Of a stretch of 64,000 nt of DNA, positions 9,695 to 19,100 are shown piece after piece. This DNA is from Dehalococcoidia bacterium. GTDB taxonomy: Bacteria > Chloroflexota > Dehalococcoidia > UBA2979. Location of the stretch: positions 1,696,001-1,760,000 of the forward strand of contig OZ253555.1 of the NCBI GenBank assembly GCA_965262725.1, written 5' to 3'. Under the pieces are notes generated by a model that did no database searches, was not told the origin of the DNA, and saw nothing but the letters and a program-made list of their open reading frames with translations. Each line of letters begins with the position of its first letter. Position 1 is the stretch's first letter. The position numbers and the translations under genes are program-made.

Positions 9695-9825
9695 CTGTGC
9701 AGTGAAGCCTGGTGTCAGAGTGGATCCGCGCGGCGCCCCACTAACCGATGTCGACGGAGCGATGCCACTCCCTGCTGTGCGGCAGGCCGCAGTGCGGCTG
9801 CTCGAAGCACGTCACCCCAGGCTCG

Positions 9826-9831
9826 TATAAT
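9826..9831 (+). promoter_or_regulatory. -10 element for the methyltransferase gene (near-leaderless)
   Basis: Perfect TATAAT 10 nt before ATG 9842 in GC-rich DNA, with no SD. Confidence 0.55.
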
Positions 9832-9841
9832 CGGGCGCGCA

Positions 9842-10915
9842 ATGGAATCCCGCACATCCTTCTGCCTTCCGCCGCCACGCTCGGCAATCGACCTTTTTGC
9901 CGGAGCGGGTGGTTCGGTGCAGGGCCTGTCGCAAGCAGGATTTTCCATGCTAGCTGCGGTCGAAGAAGACGCGGAAGCCGCAGCGACACTCAAGGCCAAC
10001 CACCCACAGATGAGGGTACTGAGGCGCGACGTGAGCCTAGTCTCGCCGCGAAAGCTGCGCGAGTGCCTTGGACTAGCGCGCGGTGACCTTGGACTGCTCA
10101 CCGCGTGCCCACCCTGCCAGGGGTTTTCGACGTTAGGAACGCTGGACCCATCGGACGAGCGCAACGATCTCGTCGCACAGGTATGGAAGTACGCGCGGGA
10201 GTTCCGACCAGCCGGGGTCCTCCTCGAGAACGTCCCCGGACTCTCACGCGATCCTCGTTGCGACCGCCTGTTCAGACAGCTTCGAGCTGCTGGATACGGT
10301 CTCCGGACCTGGATCGTGGACGCAGCGGACTTCGGTGTACCACAGCGACGACGCAGGCTCATCGCAATCGCCGCACGCGGCGTCCAGAAGGATGAGATGC
10401 CACTTGATCTCCGCGATGCCTTGCCCGCTGACTTCAGCCTGCGGCCGCAATTTGCGGACGAAGCAATCTCGCTCGCAGGGCGGCTGGATGGCACCGCCGA
10501 CTCGTTGCATCGCGCCCGCCAATTGTCACCGAGGGTGCTCGAGCGGATCCGCGCGATACCACGAGGGGGAAGCCACCGGGACCTACCGGACGCGCTTCGA
10601 CTCGCCTGTCATGTACGGCTCGCGGAACGGGGAAAGAAGGGTGCTACCGCACCATACGGACGGATCCGCATTGGGGAACCCGCACCGACGATCACCACGC
10701 GATGTACTACTGTTTCCTGCGGGCGCTTCGTCCACCCGACTGAAGACCGCGGCATCAGCCTGCGCGAGGCTGCGCTTTTGCAGACGTTCCCGTTCGAGTA
10801 CTCGTTCATTGGCTCGCACGGCGCAGTCGAGCGCCAGATCGGTAACGCTGTGCCTGTTCGACTCGCGGAGGCGCTAGGACTTGCAGTAAGGCGGATACTC
10901 CTGCAGGTCGGCTAA
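9842..10915 (+). CDS. dcm: DNA (cytosine-5) methyltransferase
   Basis: DLFAGAGG (I), PPCQGFS (IV), ENV (VI), PQRRRR (VIII), QIGNAVP (X). Confidence 0.95.
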   Translation: MESRTSFCLPPPRSAIDLFAGAGGSVQGLSQAGFSMLAAVEEDAEAAATLKANHPQMRVLRRDVSLVSPRKLRECLGLARGDLGLLTACPPCQGFSTLGTLDPSDERNDLVAQVWKYAREFRPAGVLLENVPGLSRDPRCDRLFRQLRAAGYGLRTWIVDAADFGVPQRRRRLIAIAARGVQKDEMPLDLRDALPADFSLRPQFADEAISLAGRLDGTADSLHRARQLSPRVLERIRAIPRGGSHRDLPDALRLACHVRLAERGKKGATAPYGRIRIGEPAPTITTRCTTVSCGRFVHPTEDRGISLREAALLQTFPFEYSFIGSHGAVERQIGNAVPVRLAEALGLAVRRILLQVG

Positions 10916-10996
10916 CGTTGGGCCTGGGCGGGAATTCGTGAGGACGATCGGAGAGGCTAGCATTACGCTCGCAGTCTCCCCCGACGGGAACCCAGC

Positions 10997-11236
10997 GTGG
11001 CTGGATCACACGACCTGACGCAAGCACTGGAGAAGCGATCCGCAATCGCCCGGGACTTGACTCGGTGGGGTCGCCGCAACGCGCGGGAGTACCCGTGGCG
11101 CGAGGAATTGCCTCTGTGGCAGGCGCTGATCGCCGAAGTAATGCTGCAGCGCACGCGTGCTGTCGGAGCACCATACGACGGTGAGACGCGTCGGAAGCGC
11201 TGGCTCCGCGAGCTGGCGGAGGCGAAAGGCTCGTAA
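10997..11236 (+). pseudogene. Truncated HhH-GPD (MutY/Mig-like) DNA glycosylase
   Basis: WGRRNAREYPWR...ALIAEVMLQRTRA is the MutY/Mig N-terminus; similarity stops near 11160. Confidence 0.8.
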
Positions 11237-11238
11237 CG

Positions 11239-11730
11239 ATGCCGTACCATTCCGCCCTGCACGACAGCGACAACGTTGACCACGCCGAGCACGGTTGCCC
11301 GCGCGCGGCCCGCATTCTAGACCGTTGCGACTGTGAGGAGCGGCGCCCGGCGGCGCGGTGCAGTTGGTGCTACACCGGTCGTATAGAGCGCGACCCCGCC
11401 CAATTGGATCATGAACGGCACTACGCCACCCTTGCGATGGAGCCTCCTGCGTGGCGCGCGAGCGTTGTATGCGGCTCCGGCGCCGATGTGGACGTCAGCC
11501 AGGCTCTGGGGGCGTTCACCGGGAGCATTGAGGAGATCGACGGGGCGGTGCGCTTCGACCCAGCGAAGGGCCCGCTCTTCATCGAGTGCTCCAAGCACGG
11601 GATGTACCTTGGCTACTGGCGGCTTCTTCCTCGAGCCGGCGGCGCGGCCTTCAAGCCTCTCTCAATCCCTCTTCTGCTGATACCGCTCCGGGACGTGGAG
11701 CACGTCATTCCGCTGTATCAATCTCCCTGA
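11239..11730 (+). CDS. Hypothetical Cys/His-rich protein
   Basis: 163 aa ORF starting 2 nt after the upstream stop; no family recognised. Confidence 0.45.
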   Translation: MPYHSALHDSDNVDHAEHGCPRAARILDRCDCEERRPAARCSWCYTGRIERDPAQLDHERHYATLAMEPPAWRASVVCGSGADVDVSQALGAFTGSIEEIDGAVRFDPAKGPLFIECSKHGMYLGYWRLLPRAGGAAFKPLSIPLLLIPLRDVEHVIPLYQSP

Positions 11731-11883
11731 CCATCAAGCGAGACCAATTGACCCGACCCCCTGAAACGGGACCGCTGTTGATGAGAGTCCTTTGGCCCGC
11801 GAGGGTGGGCGGAGGAGGACATCACGGTGAAACGACGCAGGCATACGGCTGAGCAGATCGTGCGGAAGCTTCCATGAGGGTCG

Positions 11884-12219
11884 TCTGATCCGCAAGGCCG
11901 ACGTGGCGGTCTTCTGCGCCGTCTACCGATCGCGCCTCCCATCCGCAGCCCTGTTGTGGTTGTCGGTACAGATACGAGTGGTGTCGTCGTGTCGTCCCCG
12001 GGAAGTCGTGGTGGCCATGCTTCCATTCGCACTCGTCGAGGGGCCTCTCCGGGCCCGGTGCATGATGGTCAACCTGTCTCCAGGGTGTGGGCGCTGCCAT
12101 CTGAGGGCCGTCCTCGTTGGGACCAGCTTCCGTCGCAGTCGCCCGAACGTCGGCATCCCTCGCATCCTCCGGAGCCCACCGGCCGCCCGGTCGCCTCGCT
12201 CCTCGCATGCTGCCCGCTG
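11884..12219 (-). ncRNA. Putative bridge/seek RNA of the IS1111 element
   Basis: Internal loop with ctgaggg (12101-12107) and cagcttccg (12124-12132) matches both halves of the reconstituted target cggaagCTgaggg; cttccat (12020-12026) matches the donor junction; boundaries approximate. Confidence 0.7.
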
Positions 12220-12838
12220 CTACGCCGCCTCGGCCGCGTGCGCGTGGCGCAACGGCTCGTAGACCTCGCCGCTCTTCCAGAGTGCAAGCATCAGCACCGC
12301 CAGTCGCCTCGCGACCGCGACGACGGCACGCTTCTTCGCATTGCCGGCCCCCGACTCCGCGTACCGCAGCCCCCACCTGCGGAGGTCGCTGTCGGGGCCG
12401 AAGGGGCCCAGGATGTAGTGCGCGGCCTGGTTCAGCACCCGGCGCAGCGCCACGTCCCCTTCCTTCGTGATCCGCAGCTGGGGCTGCCGGTCACCGGAAT
12501 CGCGGCTCCGGGGCACCAGCCCGAGGTAGGGCCCCACCTCCCTGTTCTTCGGGAAGCGGTTCGGGTCCTCGATGGTGAGGACGAAGGTGAGCGAGGTGAT
12601 CGGGCCAACGCCCACGATCTGCTGGAGCACGCCGGTCTCGGGGTAGCGCTCGCACATCGCGGCGAGTTGCTTGTCGGCCTGGCGTATCTCCCCGGTCAGG
12701 TGCTCGATCTGGTGGAGCATCGGCAGCAACGCCGGGCCCAGCTGTCGATCGCCAGGGTCATTGATCCACGCGTCGCCACGGTCATTAGACCACCCGGGAC
12801 GCCGGTAGGCGGCTTGATATCAGTGAGCGTCTAGCGCG

Positions 12839-13612
12839 TCAATCACCTCCCGTCTGCGCCTCGAGCAGGGCGCGGTGCGGCGAGAGCCGCTGGCGGTAGC
12901 TATCGCCCTCGATCACGATCTGGTAGCTGGCGTTGGCGAGCCGGTCGAGGGCGCTGTTGCCGAGGATCGGGTCGTCGAAGAGACCCAGCCATTCCTCCAC
13001 GGCGCGGTTCGAGGTGATGACGAAGCTGGAGCTGCGGTGGCGCCCGATGACCAGCTCGTAGAGGTCGATGGACTGCTGCGCGCTGAGGCGATGGAGCCCG
13101 AGGTCGTCGAGGATGAGCAGGTCGGGCGCGAGGAAGCTTCGGAAGACCTTCTCGGCCGAGTGGTCGACGCGGGCCTGCGCCATCTCGCGGAAGTAGTGGT
13201 CGGCCGGGGCGAAGCGCACGGTGCGTCCGGAGCGGACGGCTGAGTAGCCGAGCGCCTGGGCCAGGAAGCTCTTGCCGACGCCGACGGGGCCGACGAGCAG
13301 GACGTGCTCGCGGCGATCGAGGAAGTGCAGCGAGAAGGCGGCGTCGAGCAGGCGGCGGTCGAGCCGGATGGCGGCCGCCCAGTCGAAGTCCTCGAGGCGG
13401 CAGAGCTGCTCGAAGCCGGCCTGGCGCAGGCGCAGCTCCAACCGCCCGTGGTCGCGGCGGCTCACCTCGTCGACGAGCAGGATCTGCAGGAAGTCCGCGT
13501 AGTCGAGGTGGTCGCGCCGCGCGAGGGCGATGCGCTCGGGCAGGGTGTCGAGCATACGGCCGAGCTTGAGGCGCTTGAGCAGCGGACGGAGGTCTGAGGT
13601 GGTGGCGGTCAT
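12839..13612 (-). CDS. istB: IS21 helper ATPase IstB
   Basis: GPVGVGKS Walker A, LLILDDLG, ITSN and ALDRL; ATGA overlap with istA. Confidence 0.95.
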   Translation of the reverse strand: MTATTSDLRPLLKRLKLGRMLDTLPERIALARRDHLDYADFLQILLVDEVSRRDHGRLELRLRQAGFEQLCRLEDFDWAAAIRLDRRLLDAAFSLHFLDRREHVLLVGPVGVGKSFLAQALGYSAVRSGRTVRFAPADHYFREMAQARVDHSAEKVFRSFLAPDLLILDDLGLHRLSAQQSIDLYELVIGRHRSSSFVITSNRAVEEWLGLFDDPILGNSALDRLANASYQIVIEGDSYRQRLSPHRALLEAQTGGD

Positions 13613-15189
13613 CGTGGTGCTCCTGTCGGGGTCTGCGTGCGGGACTGTGCGAAGACGGAGCCCGAGTGGGCGAAGCGCCCCGGAGGTGGCGGCAGCTCGG
13701 GCTGGTCTGGGGTGCTCTCCTGGTCGAGGGCCTCGACGAGGATGCGCTCGAGGCGGCGCACGTCGATGAGGTCGACCTCGAGCGCGCGGCGGCAGGCGGC
13801 GTCGAGGCGGTCGGGGGAGTAGCGCTCGGCGAGCCGGAGGAGCTTGTGGCCCTGCCGCAGCTTCGCCCAGGGCAGGGAGCCCTCGAAGAGACGCTCGGCG
13901 TAGGCGCCCACGGCCTCCCCCAGCTCGGCGGCGCGGCGCTGTATCCAGTCGGGCGCCCGCCTGGTGTAGGGGGTGAGCTCGGCCGGGTAGTCGTTCGGGT
14001 CGGTGGCCCGGCCGCCCCGGCGCTGGCGCGGGTGGACCTTGATGAGCTGACCGCGGTGGTAGATGCGCACCAGCTTCGAGCCGAGCTGCACCTCGACCTT
14101 CTGGCGGGGCGGGCAGGCCGTGGACGGCACCGAGTACAGCGCGTACTGGCAGGCGATGTGGTGGTCGGGATGGACCGTGGCGGTCCGCCAGTCGGGGACC
14201 TCGTAGGGCTCGCCGTCCCACGGAGCGAGCAGAGGGAGCTCCTCCTCCCGGAAGACCTCGAGCGGCCGGCGGCGGGTCGTGCCGTGGATGCGCTGCCCCG
14301 CCACCTCGAGGCACCAGCTGCGGGCGGCGGAGCGCAGGTCGACGATGTCCCGGAAGTCGCCGCCCTTGAAGAGGCGCTCGCGCACGTAGGGGATGCTGCG
14401 CTCGACGCGCGGCTTGTCGCGGGGATGACGTACGCGCGCCGGGTCGGTGATGAAGCCTCTGTGGCGGGCGTACTCGAGGAAGCCCCGGGTGAGGCGCGGG
14501 TGGAGCGCGTCGGCCCCGGCCACGGCGGCCGGGAAGTTATCGATGACGAGGTAGCGGGGCACGCCCCCGAAGAAGGACCAGGCCTCCTCCAGGCCCTCGA
14601 TCACGGCGTCCAGCGTCTGGCTGGTGGTGGGCCACACAAAGCAGTGGCGTGAGTAGCGCCAGACGACGACCAGCGCCCACACCGCGCGCCGGCGGCCGCT
14701 CTCGGGGTCCCGGATGAAGCCGAGGCGGCCGAAGTCCATCTCCGCCACCTCGCCCGGCGGCCCGTCGTCCATGCGCACGGTCGACGGCAGCCGGTGGCGC
14801 CAGCCGCGGCGCCGGATGAAACGCCGCAGCGTGGTGTAGGAGACCTCGCAGCCTCGTCCGGCGAGGAGCTCCTGGATGCGCGTCAGTTGCAGGCGGTCGG
14901 TCTCAAGCCAGCGCTCGATCTGCTCCGCCCAGGGCGAGAGCAGCTCCTCGCTCGGCGCCTCGACCTGCCGCGGGCCGGAGAGGCTCAGCGTCGCCAGCGC
15001 GGCGAGCTGCTCCTCACTCGGCTCGGGACCGCCCGGCGTGAGGCCGGCCGCCTCGGCCGCCTCGACGTAGCGGCGCACCGTCACGCGCGATAGCCCCGTG
15101 CCGCTGGCGATGCGGCGCTGGCTGAGCCCCGCCTGCCAGCGTCGAATGATCTCCTGGATCTCCACCCCGTGTACCTCCCGGTAGGCCAT
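13609..15189 (-). CDS. istA: IS21 transposase IstA
   Basis: N-terminal HTH, AEMDFG, LVIDN, DKPRVER, RIHGTT and YSVP. Confidence 0.95.
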   Translation of the reverse strand: MAYREVHGVEIQEIIRRWQAGLSQRRIASGTGLSRVTVRRYVEAAEAAGLTPGGPEPSEEQLAALATLSLSGPRQVEAPSEELLSPWAEQIERWLETDRLQLTRIQELLAGRGCEVSYTTLRRFIRRRGWRHRLPSTVRMDDGPPGEVAEMDFGRLGFIRDPESGRRRAVWALVVVWRYSRHCFVWPTTSQTLDAVIEGLEEAWSFFGGVPRYLVIDNFPAAVAGADALHPRLTRGFLEYARHRGFITDPARVRHPRDKPRVERSIPYVRERLFKGGDFRDIVDLRSAARSWCLEVAGQRIHGTTRRRPLEVFREEELPLLAPWDGEPYEVPDWRTATVHPDHHIACQYALYSVPSTACPPRQKVEVQLGSKLVRIYHRGQLIKVHPRQRRGGRATDPNDYPAELTPYTRRAPDWIQRRAAELGEAVGAYAERLFEGSLPWAKLRQGHKLLRLAERYSPDRLDAACRRALEVDLIDVRRLERILVEALDQESTPDQPELPPPPGRFAHSGSVFAQSRTQTPTGAPR

Positions 15190-16258
15190 CGCTGCTCCCT
15201 CCGCTGGGGATGCAGGCGATGGTGGCCGTACCGGCGACCCGGGCGGGCAGGAGTCCCTGACGGGGTGGATCAATGACCCTGGCGAAGTGGATCAATGACC
15301 CTGGCGATCTGGCGATTTCGTGGTCTATAGACCTTGGCGATTCACAGCAGCTCCTCGGGGATGTGCCCGATGACCGCGCGGTGGAAGACCGGCGCCGTGC
15401 AGCTCGGAAGCGCCGCGCCCCACGCCTTCACCGCGCCCCGGACGTGGTTGATCAACATCGTGCGCGCCCGGACCAGCGCCTCGCGGCTGCGGAGCACCTG
15501 GAGGTCCGCCTGCGCCATGGCGCTTCGGTGCCGGATGGGGAAGAGGAGCGCCGGGTCGAATCGGCCGAGCCGTGCGAGGTGCTCGGCATCGGAGCGGTCG
15601 GTCTTGCGCTGGCTGCGCGCGATCAGCCTGACCTGCCTCGGGTTGGCGACGATGACGTCGTGCCCGAGCTCCGAGAGCATCCGGCTCAGCCACGGGGACC
15701 GCGGCCCCACCTCCATCACCACCCGCGCGCCCGTCATCCCGGCGAGCGCCCGCGTGAGCGCCGCGGTCGTGGTGCGGACTCGCTCCTCCCGCACGATCTC
15801 CCCCTCGCCACCGAGGACGCAGAGGTGGCTGTAGCGGTCGCTGACGTCGATGCCGACAGTCACGAGCTCCGCATCCCCCACCTTCCTGCTCTCTGTGACA
15901 TCTGATGTACCCTCTGCCACGGTCGGTCTCCTACCTCTCGGCTCGCCTGAGCCGTTCTCCTGGGCCACCACGTGAGCCCGTGCCTGGAGGGGAAGTATCC
16001 CCTCTGAGGAGGGGACCGACCCTCATGCCATCTGAGGGAGGCGGAGCGGCTGCTCGGCGAAGGGCAGACGATCGCCGAGGCGGCGAAGCAGGTCGAGATC
16101 TCGGAGCAGACCTACCACCGCTGGCGCAACCAGTACGGCGGGATGAAGGCCGACGACGCCAGGCGGCTGCGCGAGCTGGAGCGCGAGAACGCGCGTCTGA
16201 AGCGGATCGTCGCCGACAAGGAACTCGAGATCGACGCGCTCAAGGAGATCGCGCGGGG

Positions 16259-17098
16259 AAATTGGTAAGCCCGTCGCGCCGGCGTGAGGCGGTCTGCATG
16301 TTGCAGGACCGCCTCGAGTTGTCGGAACGACGGGCATGCCGGGTCACCGGCCAGCACCGCTCCACGCAGCGCCGCCTCCTGGCACGCGGCCGCGGCGACG
16401 ACGCGCTGCGGACGGAGTTGCACGCCTTCTCGCGTGGCCATTCCCGCTGGGGGTACCGCCGGGCCTGGGCGACCTTGTGCGAGGAGGGCTGGGGTGTGAA
16501 TCGCAAGCGGGTGCAACGCGTCCCGGTGAAACGACGCAAGCGTCAGCGCCTGGGGGACTCGGCAGTGCCCGCCGTGCGGCTGCGGGCTGAGCGGCCGAAC
16601 CACGTCTGGGCGCTGGACTTCCAGTTCGACCAGACCGCGGACGGGCGGGTCCTGAAGCTGCTCAACATCGTTGACGAGCACACACGGGAGGCGCTGGCGA
16701 TCGTGGCCGCCAGGAGCATCACCGCCGACGCTACCGCCGCCACGCTCGACCGGATCGTCGCCGGGCGCGGAACGGCGCCTGGGTACATCCGGTGTGACAA
16801 CGGTCCCGAGCTCACGGCCAACGCCCTGCGCGACTGGTGCCGGTTCTCCGGCACGGGCAGCAGCTACATCGAGCCCGGTGCGCCGTGGGAGAACCCGTAC
16901 GTGGAGTCGTTCAACGGCCGGTTGCGCGATGAGTTCCTGGCCGTCGAGCAGTTCGACAGCTTGCTCGAGGCGCAGGTGCTGATCGAGGACTGGCGGATCG
17001 AGTACAACACGAAGCGCCCGCACAGCAGCCTCGGCTGGCTCGCCCCGGCTGCCTACGCCGAGCAACGCAGGGCGGAACAACTGGTTGGACTCTCATAA
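16259..17098 (+). CDS. IS3 OrfB DDE transposase (frameshift-coupled; small internal deletion likely)
   Basis: WGYRR, WALDF, IRCDNGPE, PGAPWENPYVESFNG and RPHSSLG; the usual LWREEGLR-like segment after KRVQR is absent. Confidence 0.88.
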   Translation, partial: KLVSPSRRREAVCMLQDRLELSERRACRVTGQHRSTQRRLLARGRGDDALRTELHAFSRGHSRWGYRRAWATLCEEGWGVNRKRVQRVPVKRRKRQRLGDSAVPAVRLRAERPNHVWALDFQFDQTADGRVLKLLNIVDEHTREALAIVAARSITADATAATLDRIVAGRGTAPGYIRCDNGPELTANALRDWCRFSGTGSSYIEPGAPWENPYVESFNGRLRDEFLAVEQFDSLLEAQVLIEDWRIEYNTKRPHSSLGWLAPAAYAEQRRAEQLVGLS

Positions 17099-17402
17099 GC
17101 GGTGGTCTCGCGAAGGGGGTCCGGTCACACCCGCAGCCCGCGCCGACTCGAACTCCTCCAGCGCCTGCCTCCGCTGCTCGATACGCAGGACCGCGTCGCG
17201 AGCGCGCTGCTCCTGCTCCGCTGCGCTCAGCCCGCGTCCGTCGCGGTGTCGATACGAGCGAGCGGGATAGCTGGTGGTGCACCGGGACCAGGATGTGCAA
17301 GCGGGCGCGGCAACGAAGAAGTCGGCCCGACCAGCGGGGCCGTCGGCGGTCAGGGCGTGCGGTATCCTGCTGCGTCGGATCGCATCGAGCGAAGGAGAAC
17401 CT

Positions 17403-17654
17403 GTGCCGAAGTTCGAGAAGTTGGACCCGAAGGATGTCGCCGTCGGCCGCAGCCGGGCGGCCGCTGCCGCACGCGAGCCTTACATCCAGGCCCTGAAGGC
17501 GGGAGCCGCCGGGCGCATCGAGCTTGAGCGTGGCGAGACGCAGGCGGTCGTGAAGCGGCGCCTCCAGGAGGCGGCCCGCGAGAGCGGTATCAAGCTCCGC
17601 TCCTCGTGCGAGAGCCCGCGCTCGCTGGTGTGGAAGCGGACCGGGCAGGTGTGA
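17403..17654 (+). CDS. Small basic hypothetical protein, possibly DNA-binding
   Basis: AAGGAG SD before GTG; stop overlaps the next start (GTGA). Confidence 0.65.
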   Translation: MPKFEKLDPKDVAVGRSRAAAAAREPYIQALKAGAAGRIELERGETQAVVKRRLQEAARESGIKLRSSCESPRSLVWKRTGQV

Positions 17655-18622
17655 CGGTGGATGTGGGTGTCTGGAGCGTCGAGGACGACGTCCCGCGGCG
17701 CGTGAGTCGCGGGGGCGTCGGACTGGAGAGGCGGCTCGAAGACTGGATCGCTCGCGACGCGAGCCTGCTGGCCGACGGCCTCACGATCGTCGGTCGCCAG
17801 GTGCATCTCGACGGCGGCTTTCTCGACCTGCTCGCCATCGACTGGCGAGACCGCTGGGTGGTCATCGAACTGAAGCGCGGGCGGCTGTACCGGGACGCGC
17901 TGGCTCAAGCCCTCGACTACGCATCCTCGATCGCGCGGATCGGAGCCGCCGAGCTTGAGGAACTGCTTCGTCCCGGCATCGAAGGGCTGGGCGACGCCGA
18001 GGAGCTGGCCCGGGCGGTGCGGCGGCAACTCGACGGCGAAGACGGCGACCGCGAGGTGGCGGTCCTGCTCGCCGGCGTCGGCGTGGACGCAGGCCTGCAG
18101 CGCATCGTGGCTCACCTCGGTGGCTACGGCGTGCCGATCACGATCGTGAACTTCGAGGTGTTCGAGCCTGGCGAGGGCTCCCGGCTGCTGATGCGCGAGG
18201 TCACCGAGGAGGAGTCCCGTCCTCCGCGCCGGGAGGCGAGACGCCACACCGTCGAGGCGATCCGGCACCGCGCCCGGGAGGAGGGCGTCGGCGTGCCGTT
18301 CGACCGCTTCCTCGACATGGCGAAGGAGGCCGGGCTCGTGGTTCGGCCGTACTCGCGTGCCGTCATGATCGCGCCGCCGGCCAATCGCAGCCGCTTCCTG
18401 ATGTACGCGCGACCCGATTCGAGCCGCATCGTTCTGAGTGCGGGGCCGGCTCAGTTCGCGGAGTTCTTCCCGCCCCTGACCGAAGAGGAAGCGACCACCG
18501 CGATTGGTCCGTATGAGCGCGGAGGCGCTCCGCATTTGGCCGGTGCCGAGCTGGAGGCGCGCCTCGACCAGCTCGAGACATTCCTGCGGTCGTTGCCCCG
18601 TGCGGAGGACGATGTCGGGTAG
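17651..18622 (+). CDS. NucS/DUF91-like PD-(D/E)xK endonuclease
   Basis: LERRLEDWI...GRQ...FLDLLAID...VVIELKRG...QALDY. Confidence 0.8.
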   Translation: MTVDVGVWSVEDDVPRRVSRGGVGLERRLEDWIARDASLLADGLTIVGRQVHLDGGFLDLLAIDWRDRWVVIELKRGRLYRDALAQALDYASSIARIGAAELEELLRPGIEGLGDAEELARAVRRQLDGEDGDREVAVLLAGVGVDAGLQRIVAHLGGYGVPITIVNFEVFEPGEGSRLLMREVTEEESRPPRREARRHTVEAIRHRAREEGVGVPFDRFLDMAKEAGLVVRPYSRAVMIAPPANRSRFLMYARPDSSRIVLSAGPAQFAEFFPPLTEEEATTAIGPYERGGAPHLAGAELEARLDQLETFLRSLPRAEDDVG

Positions 18623-18703
18623 CGTGGCCCCGCTCGCCATTGCCTGGTGGCGGACAGTCGGCGCAAGGCAACTACAGCTTCAAGCCAGACTCGGAGGTGG
18701 AGG

Positions 18704-19084
18704 ATGACGAGGCGCATCTTTGCCGTGGTGGCCGTCATCGCCATGCTGCTTGCGGCCGCATGCGCGGCCTCGACCACCGCCCCGTCCACCCCGCCGGCAG
18801 TGACAACGCCAGCCGACTCGCATCTTGGGCCCAACGAGATGGTTATCCTCGCGAAGAGCACCGATGATCTGGCGGGGAGCCTCCATAGTTTGGGAAAGTC
18901 GTATCCGTGCGCGCACGATCCTCGCATGGCGTGTTGGGACGGTCGCCCGGTGGGCCCGCCACCGCCCCTTGACTACTACGTCACGGTGCAGTTATTCGGC
19001 GAGACCCGCCAGATGCAGGTGTCCCAAGCGTGCTGGGAACGCTACCGAATCGGCGACGTCCTCCCGAGAGAGTGCCGCCCATGA
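18704..19084 (+). CDS. Putative lipoprotein
   Basis: MTRRIFAVVAVIAMLLAAAC lipobox-like signal peptide; GGAGG SD. Confidence 0.6.
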   Translation: MTRRIFAVVAVIAMLLAAACAASTTAPSTPPAVTTPADSHLGPNEMVILAKSTDDLAGSLHSLGKSYPCAHDPRMACWDGRPVGPPPPLDYYVTVQLFGETRQMQVSQACWERYRIGDVLPRECRP

Positions 19085-19100
19085 TCCGGGCGGCGATTGA

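Larger units (their letters stand above)
12743..15346 (-). mobile_element. IS21-family element
   Basis: TG...CA ends; repeated ggatcaatgaccctggcga-type units at both ends; imperfect 5-bp flanking duplication ccagc/gcagc. Confidence 0.92.
12220..15920 (-). pseudogene. IS110-family transposase/recombinase, split into 15347-15920 and 12220-12742
   Basis: TVGIDVSD, VMEVG and KTDRSDA (DEDD RuvC) in the N-part; GVGPITS, YLGLVPRSRDSG and AVVAVARRL in the C-part. Confidence 0.9.
11869..16033 (-). mobile_element. IS110-family, IS1111-subgroup element, interrupted by IS21
   Basis: CT core at both junctions (11869-11870 and 16032-16033); perfect 11-bp subterminal IRs catgagggtcg (11873-11883) and cgaccctcatg (16017-16027); long 3' non-coding end. 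Confidence 0.88.
11827..16268 (+). pseudogene. IS3 orfA, split into 11827-11870 and 16032-16268
   Basis: MKRRRHTAEQIVRKL joins REAERLLGEGQTIAEAAKQVEISEQTYHRWRNQYGGM...ARGNW*. Confidence 0.88.
11749..17127 (+). mobile_element. IS3-family (IS407-like) element, interrupted by IS1111
   Basis: TG...CA ends with imperfect IRs (tgacccgaccccctg...atgagagtcc and ggactctcat...agggggtccggtca); orfA split, orfB DDE. Confidence 0.9.

Noticed and set aside
15905-16258. N-terminal extension of the 15905-17098 ORF
   Set aside because: Spans the IS1111 left end and the off-frame orfA; only the part from ~16259 is OrfB.
17128-17260. Minus-strand coding-like fragment (GLSAAEQEQRARDAVLRIEQRRQALEEF) abutting IS3
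   Set aside because: No start and no continuation on the other side of IS3; unassignable.
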